NCBI RefSeq assembly: GCF_037139295.1
Contig: NZ_JBAXGR010000008.1
Coordinates: 6,890 to 70,889 of the forward strand
Direction of reading: 5' to 3'
Source of the DNA: Aestuariivirga sp.
Lineage (GTDB): Bacteria > Pseudomonadota > Alphaproteobacteria > Rhizobiales > Aestuariivirgaceae
Length of the DNA: 64,000 nucleotides
Shown: one piece after another, positions 18,578 to 28,630 of the stretch
How the letters are laid out: each line of letters opens with the position of its first letter
Position numbering within the stretch: position 1 is the stretch's first letter
Program-made: the position numbers and the translations under genes
The notes under the pieces: generated by a model
The model's database searches: none
What the model was told of the DNA's origin: nothing
The model's input: only the letters and a program-made list of their open reading frames with translations

Positions 18578-20014
18578 ATGAATAAAGACCTCCGCCCCAA
18601 GGCGCGCGTTGCCAAGGGATTTCGTGACATTTCCGCCGACGAGATCCGCGGCACCCGCCGCATGCTGGCCACCATCCAGCAGGTCTACGAGGCCTATGGC
18701 TTCGAGCCGGTGGAGCAGCCCTTCATCGAATACACCGACGCGCTGGGCAAGTTCCTGCCCGACCAGGACCGTCCCAATGCCGGCGTCTTCTCCTTCCAGG
18801 ACGATGACGAACAGTGGCTGAGCCTGCGCTATGACCTGACGGCGCCTCTCGCGCGCTTTGTGGCCGAGAACAGCCAGAAGATCCCCACCCCCTATCGCAG
18901 CTATCGCCAGGGCTGGGTGTTCAGGAACGAGAAGCCGGGCCCCGGCCGTTTCCGCCAGTTCATGCAGTTCGACGCCGACACGGTGGGCTCGGCCTCGCCG
19001 GTGGCCGACGCCGAAGTCTGCATGATGGCGGCGGACACGATGGAGGCGCTGGGCCTCAAGCGCGGTCAGTATGTGATGAAGTTCAACAGCCGCAAGCTGC
19101 TCGACGGCTTCACCGAAACCTTCGCCATCGGCGAGGAGGTGAAGCTCACTTGGCTCCGCGCGCTCGACAAGCTGGACCGGCTGGGCAGGGAAGGTGTCGC
19201 TCTTCTGCTCGGCGCGGGCCGCAAGGATGAATCGGGCGACTTCACCAAGGGTGCGGGCCTCAGTGACAAGCAGATCGAGGCGAGCCTGAACTTCGCCACC
19301 GCGACCACGCTCGATGCCGCCTTCGTCAGCGGCAGCAAGAACGGCGAGGAAGGGCTTCGCGACCTCGAGGCCATGCAGGCGCTGTTCACCGCCGCCGGCT
19401 GCGGCGCGGACCGCATTCGCTATGACTCATCGATTGTGCGCGGCCTCGAATATTACACCGGCCCCGTCTTCGAATGCGAATTGCTGATGGAGACGAAGGA
19501 CGAGGACGGCCGCACCGTGCGTTTCGGTTCGGTGGGCGGCGGTGGCCGTTATGATGATCTCGTGGCGCGCTTCACCGGCCAGCAGGTGCCCGCGACGGGC
19601 TTCTCGATTGGCGTGTCGCGCCTCTATTCGGCTCTGAAGCTGGCGGGACTGGCGCAGGAGTCGTCCACGCTCGCCCCCGTCGTCGTGCTCGTCATGGACA
19701 AGGACCGGCAGGGCGATTACTGGCGCATGGTGCAGCAGCTGCGTGTCGGTGGCGTGCGCGCCGAAATGTATGCGGGCACGGCGGGCATGAAGGCGCAGAT
19801 GAAATATGCCGACAAGCGTGGGAGCCCGCTCGTCGTGATTCAAGGCGGTGATGAGAAGGCCAGTGGCCAGGTCCAGATCAAGGACCTGCGTTTGGGTTCA
19901 GAACTCGCCAGCAATATCGCATCGCGTGAAGAATATGCCTCGCAGCGTCTTGCACAGTTCTCGGTGCCCGAGGCCGAACTCGTCGCTGCGGTGAAGAAGG
20001 CACTGGCGGAGTAA
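18578..20014 (+). CDS. hisS: Histidine--tRNA ligase
   Basis: [45 protein letters not shown], anticodon-binding domain. Confidence 0.96.
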   Translation: MNKDLRPKARVAKGFRDISADEIRGTRRMLATIQQVYEAYGFEPVEQPFIEYTDALGKFLPDQDRPNAGVFSFQDDDEQWLSLRYDLTAPLARFVAENSQKIPTPYRSYRQGWVFRNEKPGPGRFRQFMQFDADTVGSASPVADAEVCMMAADTMEALGLKRGQYVMKFNSRKLLDGFTETFAIGEEVKLTWLRALDKLDRLGREGVALLLGAGRKDESGDFTKGAGLSDKQIEASLNFATATTLDAAFVSGSKNGEEGLRDLEAMQALFTAAGCGADRIRYDSSIVRGLEYYTGPVFECELLMETKDEDGRTVRFGSVGGGGRYDDLVARFTGQQVPATGFSIGVSRLYSALKLAGLAQESSTLAPVVVLVMDKDRQGDYWRMVQQLRVGGVRAEMYAGTAGMKAQMKYADKRGSPLVVIQGGDEKASGQVQIKDLRLGSELASNIASREEYASQRLAQFSVPEAELVAAVKKALAE

Positions 20015-21153
20015 TGGCCGGAAAGTCGAGCGCTGAACGCGAAGCGCTGGAGCGCCAGAACGTGGCGCTGATGGCGGTGTTCGAGCGTAGCGGTTTTGAC
20101 CACATCGCACCCGACATCATCCAGCCCGCCGACATCTTCCTCGAGCGCTCCGGCGAAGACATCCGTGCACGGACCTTCGTGTTCACCGATCCTTCTGGTG
20201 CGGAGATGTGCCTGAGGCCGGACCTTACCGTGCCCGCCTGCCGCTATCATCTGAGCCACGCGGAAAACCCCGCCGCCGAGCGCCGCTACTGCTATCTGGG
20301 CCCCGCCTTCCGCTTTCCCGACGAATTTTTGAGCCCGCAGGAATTCACGCAGGCGGGCCTCGAATGGTTCGGCGCACCTGAAGCCATCGCGGCAGAAGCG
20401 CGCGTGTTGAAGCTCACCATTTCCGCACTCGAAGCTGCTGGCCTGTCGCGCTACCGCGTCAGCTTCGGTGATCTGGGGCTCTTCTCCGCGCTGCTCGAAG
20501 ACACCGAGATGCCGGAGCGCTGGCGCCAGCGTCTGCGCCATCATTTCTGGCGCCCGCATGCCTTCCGTGAGCTGCTTGATTCTTTCTGCGCCGGACGCGG
20601 CGCGAAGCGCACCTCCGTCTCGCCGCTCGTCGATCGCGCGGCGGCGGGCGATACGCTGGCCATCGTCGAAGCCGAGATCGAAAGCCGCAAGCTGCCACTC
20701 GTCGGTGGCCGCGATCTGCCGGAGATCGCCGCGCGCCTCGCCAACAAAGCAGCCGACCGGCAGGAGAGGCCGCTCGCGCTGCCCAAGGCCAACACGCTCA
20801 ACGCCTATCTCGCCATCTCGGGCGAGGCGTCCTCCATCGATGCACAGTTCGCCGCGATCAACGGCGGCGCCCGCTTCACCACTGCGCGCGAGACTTACGC
20901 CAAGCGCCTCTATGAAATGGAGGAGCTGGGTCTCAACCCGCGCCGCTTCCACTTCGCCGCGGGCTTCGGCCGCGAGCTTGAATACTACACGGGCTTCACC
21001 TTCCAGATCGAGGCGGACACGCCGCATGGGCCTGTCGCCGTGGCGGGTGGTGGTCGCTATGACAACCTGCTCTCCGACATGGGCGCGCCTGTCACCGTTC
21101 CCGCCGTTGGCTGCGCCATCCACACCGATCGCCTGAAGGCGGTGCTGGCATGA
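20014..21153 (+). CDS. hisZ: ATP phosphoribosyltransferase regulatory subunit
   Basis: HisRS-like fold ([32 protein letters not shown]), located between hisS and a short hisG. Confidence 0.92.
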   Translation: MAGKSSAEREALERQNVALMAVFERSGFDHIAPDIIQPADIFLERSGEDIRARTFVFTDPSGAEMCLRPDLTVPACRYHLSHAENPAAERRYCYLGPAFRFPDEFLSPQEFTQAGLEWFGAPEAIAAEARVLKLTISALEAAGLSRYRVSFGDLGLFSALLEDTEMPERWRQRLRHHFWRPHAFRELLDSFCAGRGAKRTSVSPLVDRAAAGDTLAIVEAEIESRKLPLVGGRDLPEIAARLANKAADRQERPLALPKANTLNAYLAISGEASSIDAQFAAINGGARFTTARETYAKRLYEMEELGLNPRRFHFAAGFGRELEYYTGFTFQIEADTPHGPVAVAGGGRYDNLLSDMGAPVTVPAVGCAIHTDRLKAVLA

Positions 21154-21839
21154 GCGTCGTCACCCTCGCCATTCCCTCCAAGGGCCGCCTGATGGAGGCG
21201 ACTGCCGAATTGCTGGCCAAGGCCGGCTTCACCATCGACAGGCTGGGCGCCGACCGTGGCTATCGTGGCCTGCTGCACGGGCTCGATGGCGTGGAAATCG
21301 CCTTTCTTTCCGCCTCCGAGATCGCCCAGAACCTGCGCGACGGGAAGGTGGACTTAGGAGTCACCGGTCAGGACCTGCTCACCGAAAAGATCCCGCTCGA
21401 TGACAAGGCCGTCCAGCTGCTGGTGCGCCTTGGCTTCGGCCCGGCGGATGTGGTGGTGGCCGTGCCGGAAATCTGGCTCGACGTTGCCACGATGGCGGAC
21501 CTGGACGAGATCGCCGAGAGCTTCTACGAGCGCCACGGACGGCGTCTGCGGGTGGCCACCAAGTACCACAACCTCACCCGCCGCTTCTTCGCGGAAAAGG
21601 GTGTGACCGGCTACCGCATCGTCGAAAGCCTGGGCGCCACCGAGGGTGCGCCCGCCGCAGGCATCGCCGAGATCATTGTCGACATCACCACCACCGGCTC
21701 GACACTTAGCGCCAACAGCTTGAAAATCCTCGACGATGGAGTCATCCTCAAGTCCTGCGCCGTGCTGGCGGGTCGCAACGAGACGCTGTCGGACCCCCGT
21801 GTCCGCCGGCTGATCGAGGTCCTTTCCGCCATCACCTGA
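21150..21839 (+). CDS. hisG: ATP phosphoribosyltransferase, short form
   Basis: [41 protein letters not shown]. Confidence 0.96.
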   Translation: MSVVTLAIPSKGRLMEATAELLAKAGFTIDRLGADRGYRGLLHGLDGVEIAFLSASEIAQNLRDGKVDLGVTGQDLLTEKIPLDDKAVQLLVRLGFGPADVVVAVPEIWLDVATMADLDEIAESFYERHGRRLRVATKYHNLTRRFFAEKGVTGYRIVESLGATEGAPAAGIAEIIVDITTTGSTLSANSLKILDDGVILKSCAVLAGRNETLSDPRVRRLIEVLSAIT

Positions 21840-21905
21840 ATGTGTTGAGCGTTTTTTTGCGTCCGGCGTTATCCTGCGGATGACGGTTGAACAGGGAGAA
21901 AGCTG

Positions 21906-22178
21906 ATGAAGTCCATCCTGACGGTTGCAGCCCTTCTGGCTGGCCTTGCCACTCCCGCCTTGGCGGAGGAAGCCACCACCACCACAACAAACCAACCACC
22001 GCCCCAGACCCAGGCCGCGCTTGCGCCGTCACAGGATGGTGCTGCACCCGCCGTCCTGCCGCAGTCCGAGGCAGTCAAGGTGGTTCCCATGTCCGTGCCG
22101 CTCGAATCGAACGGCGCCCCCCCGGCCCGCGGTGGCGGCTGCAGCCATTCCAAGACCACGGTTTATCTGACGAACTGA
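21906..22178 (+). CDS. Small secreted protein, low complexity (90 aa)
   Basis: AGGGAG RBS; Sec signal MKSILTVAALLAGLATPALA; Thr/Pro/Ala-rich body; followed by a terminator. Confidence 0.75.
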   Translation: MKSILTVAALLAGLATPALAEEATTTTTNQPPPQTQAALAPSQDGAAPAVLPQSEAVKVVPMSVPLESNGAPPARGGGCSHSKTTVYLTN

Positions 22179-22206
22179 GAGTTCCCCCAAAGCCGGCCGG
22201 TTCCCC

Positions 22207-22240
22207 AACCCCTCCTGCATGTCCCTGCCGGAGGGGTTTT
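22207..22240 (+). terminator. Intrinsic terminator
   Basis: Stem aacccctcc/ggaggggtt followed by TT. Confidence 0.6.
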
Positions 22241-22328
22241 CGCTTGAGGCGCGCCGGCCTTGAATTTGACCAAGAGGCGACTTAGCGCCAAAGGTCAGGA
22301 TCAACGGCAGACGAATCGGGAGACAGGA

Positions 22329-23537
22329 ATGCGGAATTTCAAACTGGCGGCGGCGGCATTTGCGGCCCTCATGGTGGCGAGCGGCATGGCCCATGCGGGC
22401 GCCACCTGCGGCGACTCGGCTGCGGGCTTCGATGGCTTCATCAAGCAGTTCAGGAAGGAAGCAGCCGCCGCCGGCGTCAACGCCAAGGGCCTCTCCGCGC
22501 TGGACGGCGTGCAGTACCAGCCGGGCATCATCAAGAAGGACCGGGCGCAGGGCGTGTTCTCGCTGTCCTTCATCGATTTTACCAAGCGCATGGTGTCGAA
22601 CTACCGCATCACCGAAGGGGCCAACATCCTCGCCAAGAACAAGCAGTTGTTCGATGCGATCCAGAAGCAGTATGGCGTGCCGGGCGAAGTGCTCATCGCC
22701 TTCTGGGCCTTCGAGACCGACTTCGGCAAGAACATGGGCGACTTCGACACCATCTCGTCCCTCGCCACCCTGTCGTGGGATTGCCGCCGGCCTGACAAGT
22801 TCCGCGAGCAGCTGATCGGCGCGCTGATGCTCTATCAGAACGGCGACCTCGAGCGCGCGGACATGAAGGGCGCCTGGGCCGGCGAAATCGGCCACACCCA
22901 GTTCCTGCCGAAGGAATATTTCGAGACTGCCGTCGACTTCGACGGCGACGGCCACCGCAATTTGCGCAAGTCGATCCCCGATGCCATGGCCTCGGGCGCG
23001 GCCCTCCTCGTGAAGCATGGCTGGCAGGCCAACCAGCCGTGGCTCGATGAGGTGAAGCTCACCAAGGACCTGCCCTGGGACCAGGCCGACATCGCCATCC
23101 AGCTGCCGCGCAGCCAGTGGGTGAAGTGGGGTGTGGTGGGTGTTGACCGCAAGCTCAAGTCTGACAAGTTCCCCGCCTCGCTGCTGCTGCCCATGGGCAA
23201 GGACGGCCCGGCCTTCCTCGCCTACGAGAACTTCACCACGGCTTACCTGAAGTGGAACGAGTCCCTCGTCTATTCGCTGACGGCTGGCTATCTTGCCAAC
23301 CGCATCGCCGGCGACGGGCCCTTCAACCCCGGCCGTGCGCCGGTGCAGGCCCTGTCCTACGACCAGATCAAGCAGCTGCAGACGATTCTCGAGGGCAAGG
23401 GCTATGACGTTGGCACGGTCGACGGCAAGCTTGGCAAGTCCACGCGCGATGCAGTGAAGCAGGAGCAGCTCAAGATGGGCTGGCCAGCGGATTCCTATCC
23501 CACCGTGCCCTTCCTCGACAAACTGCAGAACGGCTGA
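22329..23537 (+). CDS. Lytic murein transglycosylase (MltB/SLT_2 family) with C-terminal peptidoglycan-binding domain
   Basis: Signal peptide; AFWAFETDFG, GAWAGEIGHTQFLP, AVDFDGDG, WNESLVY; C-terminal QLQTILEGKGYDVGTVDGKLG. Confidence 0.92.
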   Translation: MRNFKLAAAAFAALMVASGMAHAGATCGDSAAGFDGFIKQFRKEAAAAGVNAKGLSALDGVQYQPGIIKKDRAQGVFSLSFIDFTKRMVSNYRITEGANILAKNKQLFDAIQKQYGVPGEVLIAFWAFETDFGKNMGDFDTISSLATLSWDCRRPDKFREQLIGALMLYQNGDLERADMKGAWAGEIGHTQFLPKEYFETAVDFDGDGHRNLRKSIPDAMASGAALLVKHGWQANQPWLDEVKLTKDLPWDQADIAIQLPRSQWVKWGVVGVDRKLKSDKFPASLLLPMGKDGPAFLAYENFTTAYLKWNESLVYSLTAGYLANRIAGDGPFNPGRAPVQALSYDQIKQLQTILEGKGYDVGTVDGKLGKSTRDAVKQEQLKMGWPADSYPTVPFLDKLQNG

Positions 23538-23563
23538 GAACGCGGCCGAGACCTTTCCAAGAC

Positions 23564-23642
23564 TCATCGTGCCCGGGTTTGGACCCGGGCATCCTTTTTG
23601 CGGGGTGCAAGAAGATCGCCGGGTCAAGCCCGGCGAAGATGA
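23564..23642. repeat. REP-like palindromic dimer
   Basis: tcatcgtgcccgggtttggacccgggcatcc ... gatcgccgggtcaagcccggcgaagatga, between convergent genes. Confidence 0.75.
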
Positions 23643-23689
23643 AGAGTTGGGAGCAGTAAGACGGTCGAGGTGGTGCGACGCACAGGACG

Positions 23690-24898
23690 CTACTCTCTTC
23701 TCAGCGCTTCGATCGGATCGAGGCGCGCCGCGCGGCGCGCCGGAAAGAAGCCGAAGATCACGCCGATCAGGGCTGACACGGCGAAGGCCAGCGCGATGAC
23801 GCGCAGGTCGGCGTTGAAGGGCACGTCCATCACGGCTGCCCCCGCTGCCGCAAGCCCCAGCCCGATGGCAATGCCCAGCACGCCGCCGAACAGGGCGAGC
23901 ACCACGGCTTCCACCAGGAACTGCGTCAGCACTTGTCGCTCCAGCGCGCCGATGGCGAGCCTGATGCCGATCTCGCGCGTGCGCTCGGTCACCGAGACGA
24001 GCATGATGTTCATGATGCCGATGCCGCCCACGAGAAGTGACACGGCGGCGACTGCGCCGAGAAGCCCCGTCAGGATCGTCGTCGTCGAGGCCATGGTGGC
24101 GAGAATCTGCGTCAGGTCGCGGATGGTGAAGTCGTCTTCCTCGCCCGGCGCGATACGGCGGCGCTCGCGCAGCACGTCCTCGGCGTCGCGCTGCACGCGC
24201 GGAATGTCGGCAGCCTCCGTCACCGAGATGGAGATCGTGCCGATGCGCGTGTTCCCGGCGATGCGTCGGTGATAGGTGCGCAGCGGCAGCACCACGATCG
24301 AATCCTGGTCGGTGCCGAAGGCCGACTGGCCCTTGGGCGCCATGCTCGCGATCACCTCGCAGGAGAAGTTGCCGATGCGAAGCCGCTCGCCGATCGGGTC
24401 TTGCCCCGCGAAGAGTTCGCGGCGGATGGTGGCCCCGATCACGCAGACGGAAGCCCCGGCGCGCATCTCGCTGTCGGAGAACACGCGGCCATCCTCCAGC
24501 GTCCAGTCCTGCACGGTGAACCAGTCGACGTTGGTGCCCGTCACCGTCGCGTCGTAATTCAGCGCGCCCGAAACCACCTTCATCTGCTTCTGCGCCGTGG
24601 GGGCCACGCCCTTGATACCGGCGAGGTTGTTCTTCAGCGCCGTCACGTCACGCTCGTCGAAGGCGCGCGCGTCGGTGGCGCCGCCCGGCCCGAAGTTGAT
24701 CTGCCCCGGCCTGACGATCAGCATGTTGGAGCCGAGCTTCGAGAGGTTCTCGGTCACCTTGCTCGAAGCGCCATTGCCCAGCGTCACCATGGCGATCACC
24801 GCGCCGACGCCGATGACGATGCCGAGAAGCGTCAGGATCGAGCGCAGCACGTTGCGCCGGATCGACGACATGGCGAGCTTGACCGTCTCCCACAGCAT
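23690..24898 (-). CDS. MacB-like ABC exporter permease (FtsX family)
   Basis: RSILTLLGIVIGVGAVIAM, GGIGIMNIMLVSVTERTREIGIR, ARLDPIEALR. Confidence 0.93.
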   Translation of the reverse strand: MLWETVKLAMSSIRRNVLRSILTLLGIVIGVGAVIAMVTLGNGASSKVTENLSKLGSNMLIVRPGQINFGPGGATDARAFDERDVTALKNNLAGIKGVAPTAQKQMKVVSGALNYDATVTGTNVDWFTVQDWTLEDGRVFSDSEMRAGASVCVIGATIRRELFAGQDPIGERLRIGNFSCEVIASMAPKGQSAFGTDQDSIVVLPLRTYHRRIAGNTRIGTISISVTEAADIPRVQRDAEDVLRERRRIAPGEEDDFTIRDLTQILATMASTTTILTGLLGAVAAVSLLVGGIGIMNIMLVSVTERTREIGIRLAIGALERQVLTQFLVEAVVLALFGGVLGIAIGLGLAAAGAAVMDVPFNADLRVIALAFAVSALIGVIFGFFPARRAARLDPIEALRRE

Positions 24899-25602
24899 CA
24901 GGCGGCCACCTTCTGCTCGTCACTTGCAATGTGCCCGTCGACGAAGCGGATGATACGATGCGCGAAAGCCGCCATGTCGGGCTCATGCGTGACCATGACG
25001 ACAGTGATGCCGCGCTCTTCGTTCAATCGCGCGATCAGTTCCATGATCTCGAGGCTGCGCTGGCTGTCGAGGTTTCCGGTGGGTTCATCGGCGAGCAGGA
25101 GCAGCGGGTCGGTGACGATGGCGCGCGCAATCGCCACGCGCTGCTGCTGGCCGCCGGAAAGCTCGCCCGGCGTATGGTGCTCGCGGCCCTGAAGGCCCAC
25201 GAGGTGCAGCGCCTCCATGGCGCGTTCGCGCCGCTCATGGCGCGCCATGCCGCGGTAGATCAGCGGCAGCTCGACGTTCTCGATTGCGGTGGTGCGGTTC
25301 AGCAGGTTGAAGCCCTGGAACACGAAGCCGATGAAGTTGCGGCGCAGCAGCGCGCGCTGGTCCTGGCCCAAATGGTTCACCTCGACGCCGAGGAACCTGA
25401 AGCTGCCGCCGGTCGGCCGGTCGAGGCAGCCGATGATGTTCATGGCGGTCGACTTGCCGGAGCCAGATGGGCCCATGATGGCGATGAACTCGCCCCTGTT
25501 GATGGTCAGGTCGACGCCCGCCAGTGCCCGCACCAGCCCACCGCCCTCGCCGTAGGTGCGGGTGACGCCGGTGAAGGAGACGAGAGGGTTGTTACCCGTC
25601 AC
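24898..25602 (-). CDS. ABC exporter ATP-binding subunit (MacB/LolD type)
   Basis: [32 protein letters not shown]. Confidence 0.94.
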   Translation of the reverse strand: MTGNNPLVSFTGVTRTYGEGGGLVRALAGVDLTINRGEFIAIMGPSGSGKSTAMNIIGCLDRPTGGSFRFLGVEVNHLGQDQRALLRRNFIGFVFQGFNLLNRTTAIENVELPLIYRGMARHERRERAMEALHLVGLQGREHHTPGELSGGQQQRVAIARAIVTDPLLLLADEPTGNLDSQRSLEIMELIARLNEERGITVVMVTHEPDMAAFAHRIIRFVDGHIASDEQKVAA

Positions 25603-26873
25603 GAGCCGGCGGCCTTGGACGAGATGATGACCTGGTCGCCCGCCTTCACCTCGCCTGACAGGATCTCGGTGTCCTTGCCGTCGGACACGCCGGCATGCAC
25701 GGTGATGGGCTTGGGTGCGCCATTGTCCAGCACATAGAGCGTACGCATGCCGTCTGCCCCGGGTGCGGAGTTCTTGGTGGCGGGCGGCATGCGCGGGATG
25801 AACAGGTTCATCACGCTGAAGCTTTGGGCTTTCTGCTCCTTGGGTGGCGCGTAGCGCAGTGCTGCATTGGGCACGGCCAGCGCATCGGGCACTTCCTGCA
25901 CCACGATCTGTGCTGTCGCCGTCATGCCCGGCCGCAGCAGCAGCGCGTTGTTGTCCACCGTCAGCACCGCCTTGTAGGTGACGACATTGTCCGTCACCTT
26001 CGGTGAATACTCGATGGTGTCGATCACCGCAGGAAAGCTCTTGCCCGGATAGGCATCGACACGGAAGGTGGCTTTCTGGCCTTCCTTCACCGCGCCAATG
26101 TCGGCCTCGTCGACATCGGCCTCGAGCTGCATGTGCATCAGGTCCTCGGCGAGAATGAACAGCACCGGCGCCTGGAAGGATGAGGCAACCGTCTGCCCGG
26201 GCTCCGCATCGCGCTTCAGCACGATGCCGTCGACGGGCGACAGGATGCGCGATTTGGTGATGTCCGTCTGGGTCATCGCCAGGTCGGCCTTGGCCACCTC
26301 GATATCGGCCTGTGCTGCCACCACGCCTGCTTCGGCGCGTGACTGCGCTGCGCGCGCGGTGTCGACGTCCTGCGTTGAGGACACGCCGCGGGCGCTCAGC
26401 TTTTCGGCGCGGTTGAAAAGGAGCTGCTTCTCGAGCAGCGTGGCCTTGGCATCGGCAAGCCGCGCCTCCGCCGCCGCGATCGCCGCCTTGCCGCGAGTCA
26501 ATTCCGCCTGCAGCCGCTCGGTGTCAAGCTCCGCCAGCACGTCGCCCTTCTTCACCTCGCTGTTGGCCTTGACGTTGACGGTGCGAATGACGCCGGAACG
26601 CTCGCTCGACACTTCCACCTCGGTGGTGGGCTGGATGTTGCCGGTGGCCTGAACCTCAACCACGATGGTCTTGGTCTCCAGCGGCGCCGTCTCATAGGTG
26701 ACGGCCTTGCCGGCGGACTGGCCGTGCAGCATCCACCAGGCGATACCCGCCAACGCCAGCGCCAGAAGGGCCAGCCAGAACAGTCGCCGGTTCCGCGTCT
26801 TGGCGCGGCTCTTGGCGTCGAGGCCCAGCATGGCCTCGATCTCGGTGGGGCCGGGGGGGGTCTGAATGTTCAT
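25599..26873 (-). CDS. MacA-like periplasmic adaptor (membrane fusion protein)
   Basis: N-terminal TM segment, VQATGNIQP, ILSPVDGIVL, DVDEADIG, LRPGMTATAQI. Start at 26873 (ATG) or 26882 (TTG). Confidence 0.92.
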   Translation of the reverse strand: MNIQTPPGPTEIEAMLGLDAKSRAKTRNRRLFWLALLALALAGIAWWMLHGQSAGKAVTYETAPLETKTIVVEVQATGNIQPTTEVEVSSERSGVIRTVNVKANSEVKKGDVLAELDTERLQAELTRGKAAIAAAEARLADAKATLLEKQLLFNRAEKLSARGVSSTQDVDTARAAQSRAEAGVVAAQADIEVAKADLAMTQTDITKSRILSPVDGIVLKRDAEPGQTVASSFQAPVLFILAEDLMHMQLEADVDEADIGAVKEGQKATFRVDAYPGKSFPAVIDTIEYSPKVTDNVVTYKAVLTVDNNALLLRPGMTATAQIVVQEVPDALAVPNAALRYAPPKEQKAQSFSVMNLFIPRMPPATKNSAPGADGMRTLYVLDNGAPKPITVHAGVSDGKDTEILSGEVKAGDQVIISSKAAGS

Positions 26874-26976
26874 CTGGTTCAATGCTTTATCCGGGCCCTA
26901 GGGCGAGATGTGAATGACGGCGCAAATCCGGCGCGCCCGGATTTTAAATCTCTGCACCGCCTGATATGACCCTGCC

Positions 26977-27771
26977 ATGACAGATATCAAGTTCGAAAAG
27001 GCCCCGGACGGCACGCCCATCGCTTTCCGCACCGACGGGCGGGACGATCTGGGCCGCTGCGGCTTCGTCTGGCTGGGCGGCTACAAGTCCGACATGGAGG
27101 GCTCCAAGGCGGAGGCTCTGGCGGCCCTGGCGCGCGAAACCCGCCGCCCCTGCCTGCGCTTCGACTATTCGGGCCACGGGGCCTCGGGGGGCCTGTTCGT
27201 CGACGGCACCATCTCCAAATGGCTGGAACAGTCGGTCCACATGGTCCTCACCCATGGCAGAGGCCCGCGCATTCTCGTCGGCTCCTCGATGGGCGGCTGG
27301 CTCACCCTGCTGCTCTACCGCCACCTGCAGCGCGCCAGCCCGCAGGCCGCCCCGTTCATCAAAGGTCTGGTGTTGCTTGCCCCCGCCGCCGACATGACGT
27401 CGGAGCTGATGTGGGACGCCTTCCCCGACGCGGTGCGCGAGGAATTGAACCAGAAAGGCGTGTGGATGCGCCCCTCGGCCTATGGCGAGCCCTATGCCAT
27501 CACGAAGCGGCTGATCGAGGATGGCCGCAAGCACCTGATGCTGCACGACAGTCTCGATGTTTCCTGCCCCGTCCGCATCCTGCAGGGCGATGAAGACCCG
27601 GACGTGCCCGCCACCCATGCCGTGAAGGTGTTCGGCGCCCTGAGCGGCCCCGACGTGACGCTCACCCTCATCAAGGGCGGCGACCACCGCCTGTCGACGC
27701 CCGGCAACCTCGCCCTGCTGCGCGAGACGGTACTGCGCCTGGCGGAGCGTTCGGAGGGTGTCAGCGTCTGA
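26977..27771 (+). CDS. Alpha/beta hydrolase
   Basis: RFDYSGHGAS, nucleophile GSSMGG, QGDEDPDVP, GGDHRLS. Confidence 0.9.
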   Translation: MTDIKFEKAPDGTPIAFRTDGRDDLGRCGFVWLGGYKSDMEGSKAEALAALARETRRPCLRFDYSGHGASGGLFVDGTISKWLEQSVHMVLTHGRGPRILVGSSMGGWLTLLLYRHLQRASPQAAPFIKGLVLLAPAADMTSELMWDAFPDAVREELNQKGVWMRPSAYGEPYAITKRLIEDGRKHLMLHDSLDVSCPVRILQGDEDPDVPATHAVKVFGALSGPDVTLTLIKGGDHRLSTPGNLALLRETVLRLAERSEGVSV

Positions 27772-28630
27772 GGTCGTTGGCGAGCGCCGCGAGGCCCTCG
27801 CGGTAGCTCGGGTAACTGAGCTTGACGCCCAGCTCCTTCAAGATACGCTCATTCGAGACGCGCTTTGAATCGGCATAGAAGCTCTTCGCCATGGGTGACA
27901 GGCTGGCCTCCTCGAAGGGCACGTCGGGCGGCACCGGAAGCCCCAGCAGCTTCGCGCCATATTCAACCACGTCCTGCGGCGGGCAGGCTTCGTCGTCACA
28001 GACATTGTAGGCGCGCCCCGGGTCGGGATGCGCGATCGAGGCTTCCAGCGTGTTGGCGATGTCTGCCACATGGATGCGGCTGAAGATCTGGCGTGGCTTG
28101 ATCACCCGCTTCGCCGAGCCATCGAGCAGTGACAGCAGCTGGTTGCGCCCCGGTCCATAGATGCCGGCCAGCCGGAAGATCATCACCGGCAGCCCATGCG
28201 CGCGCCACAGGTCGAGCCACTGCGTCTCAGCCAGCAGTCGCTTGTGACCGCGCTCGGTGTTGGGGGTGAGTGGCGTCTCTTCGGTGACGAGCCCGCCTGC
28301 GTGGTCGCCATAGACCCCGGTGGTGGAGAGATAGGCAACCCACTGGAACTGACCCGCGCGGGCCGCGAAGTCTGCCGCGTGCTGGCGCAGCACCGGGTCG
28401 CCGTCGTCTCCCGGCGGCGCTGAGTCCACGACATGCGTGACGCCGTCAAGAGCCCCGGCGGGCAGCGGCTGCGAACCATCGAACACCAGCCCGCGATAGC
28501 CCATGTCGTTGATCGCCGCCGCACCTTGCGCGCTGCGGCTGGTGGCGCTCACCGTCCAGCCCTTGGCCGCCAGCCGCTCCGCCAGCGCCTTTGCCGAAAA
28601 GCCCAGCCCGAAAAAGAGAATGTGGTTCAT
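27761..28630 (-). CDS. Atypical SDR/NAD-dependent epimerase (YeeZ-like)
   Basis: FGLGFSA, YLSTTGVYGD, FRLAGIYGPGR, FSRIHVADIA. Confidence 0.88.
   Translation of the reverse strand: MNHILFFGLGFSAKALAERLAAKGWTVSATSRSAQGAAAINDMGYRGLVFDGSQPLPAGALDGVTHVVDSAPPGDDGDPVLRQHAADFAARAGQFQWVAYLSTTGVYGDHAGGLVTEETPLTPNTERGHKRLLAETQWLDLWRAHGLPVMIFRLAGIYGPGRNQLLSLLDGSAKRVIKPRQIFSRIHVADIANTLEASIAHPDPGRAYNVCDDEACPPQDVVEYGAKLLGLPVPPDVPFEEASLSPMAKSFYADSKRVSNERILKELGVKLSYPSYREGLAALANDLRR

Noticed and set aside
26853-26860. G8 homopolymer near the 5' end of the macA-like gene (phase variation?)
   Set aside because: Short for a contingency locus, expected occasionally in GC-rich DNA, and the frame is intact.
23690-26873. 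MacAB-like exporter as the secretion route for the repeat protein
   Set aside because: More than 33 kb away, no TolC, and a generic family; nothing in the sequence links them.
26924-26944. 8-bp palindrome aaatccgg/ccggattt between macA and the hydrolase
   Set aside because: Plausible operator, but single, short and with no regulator nearby; not enough support.
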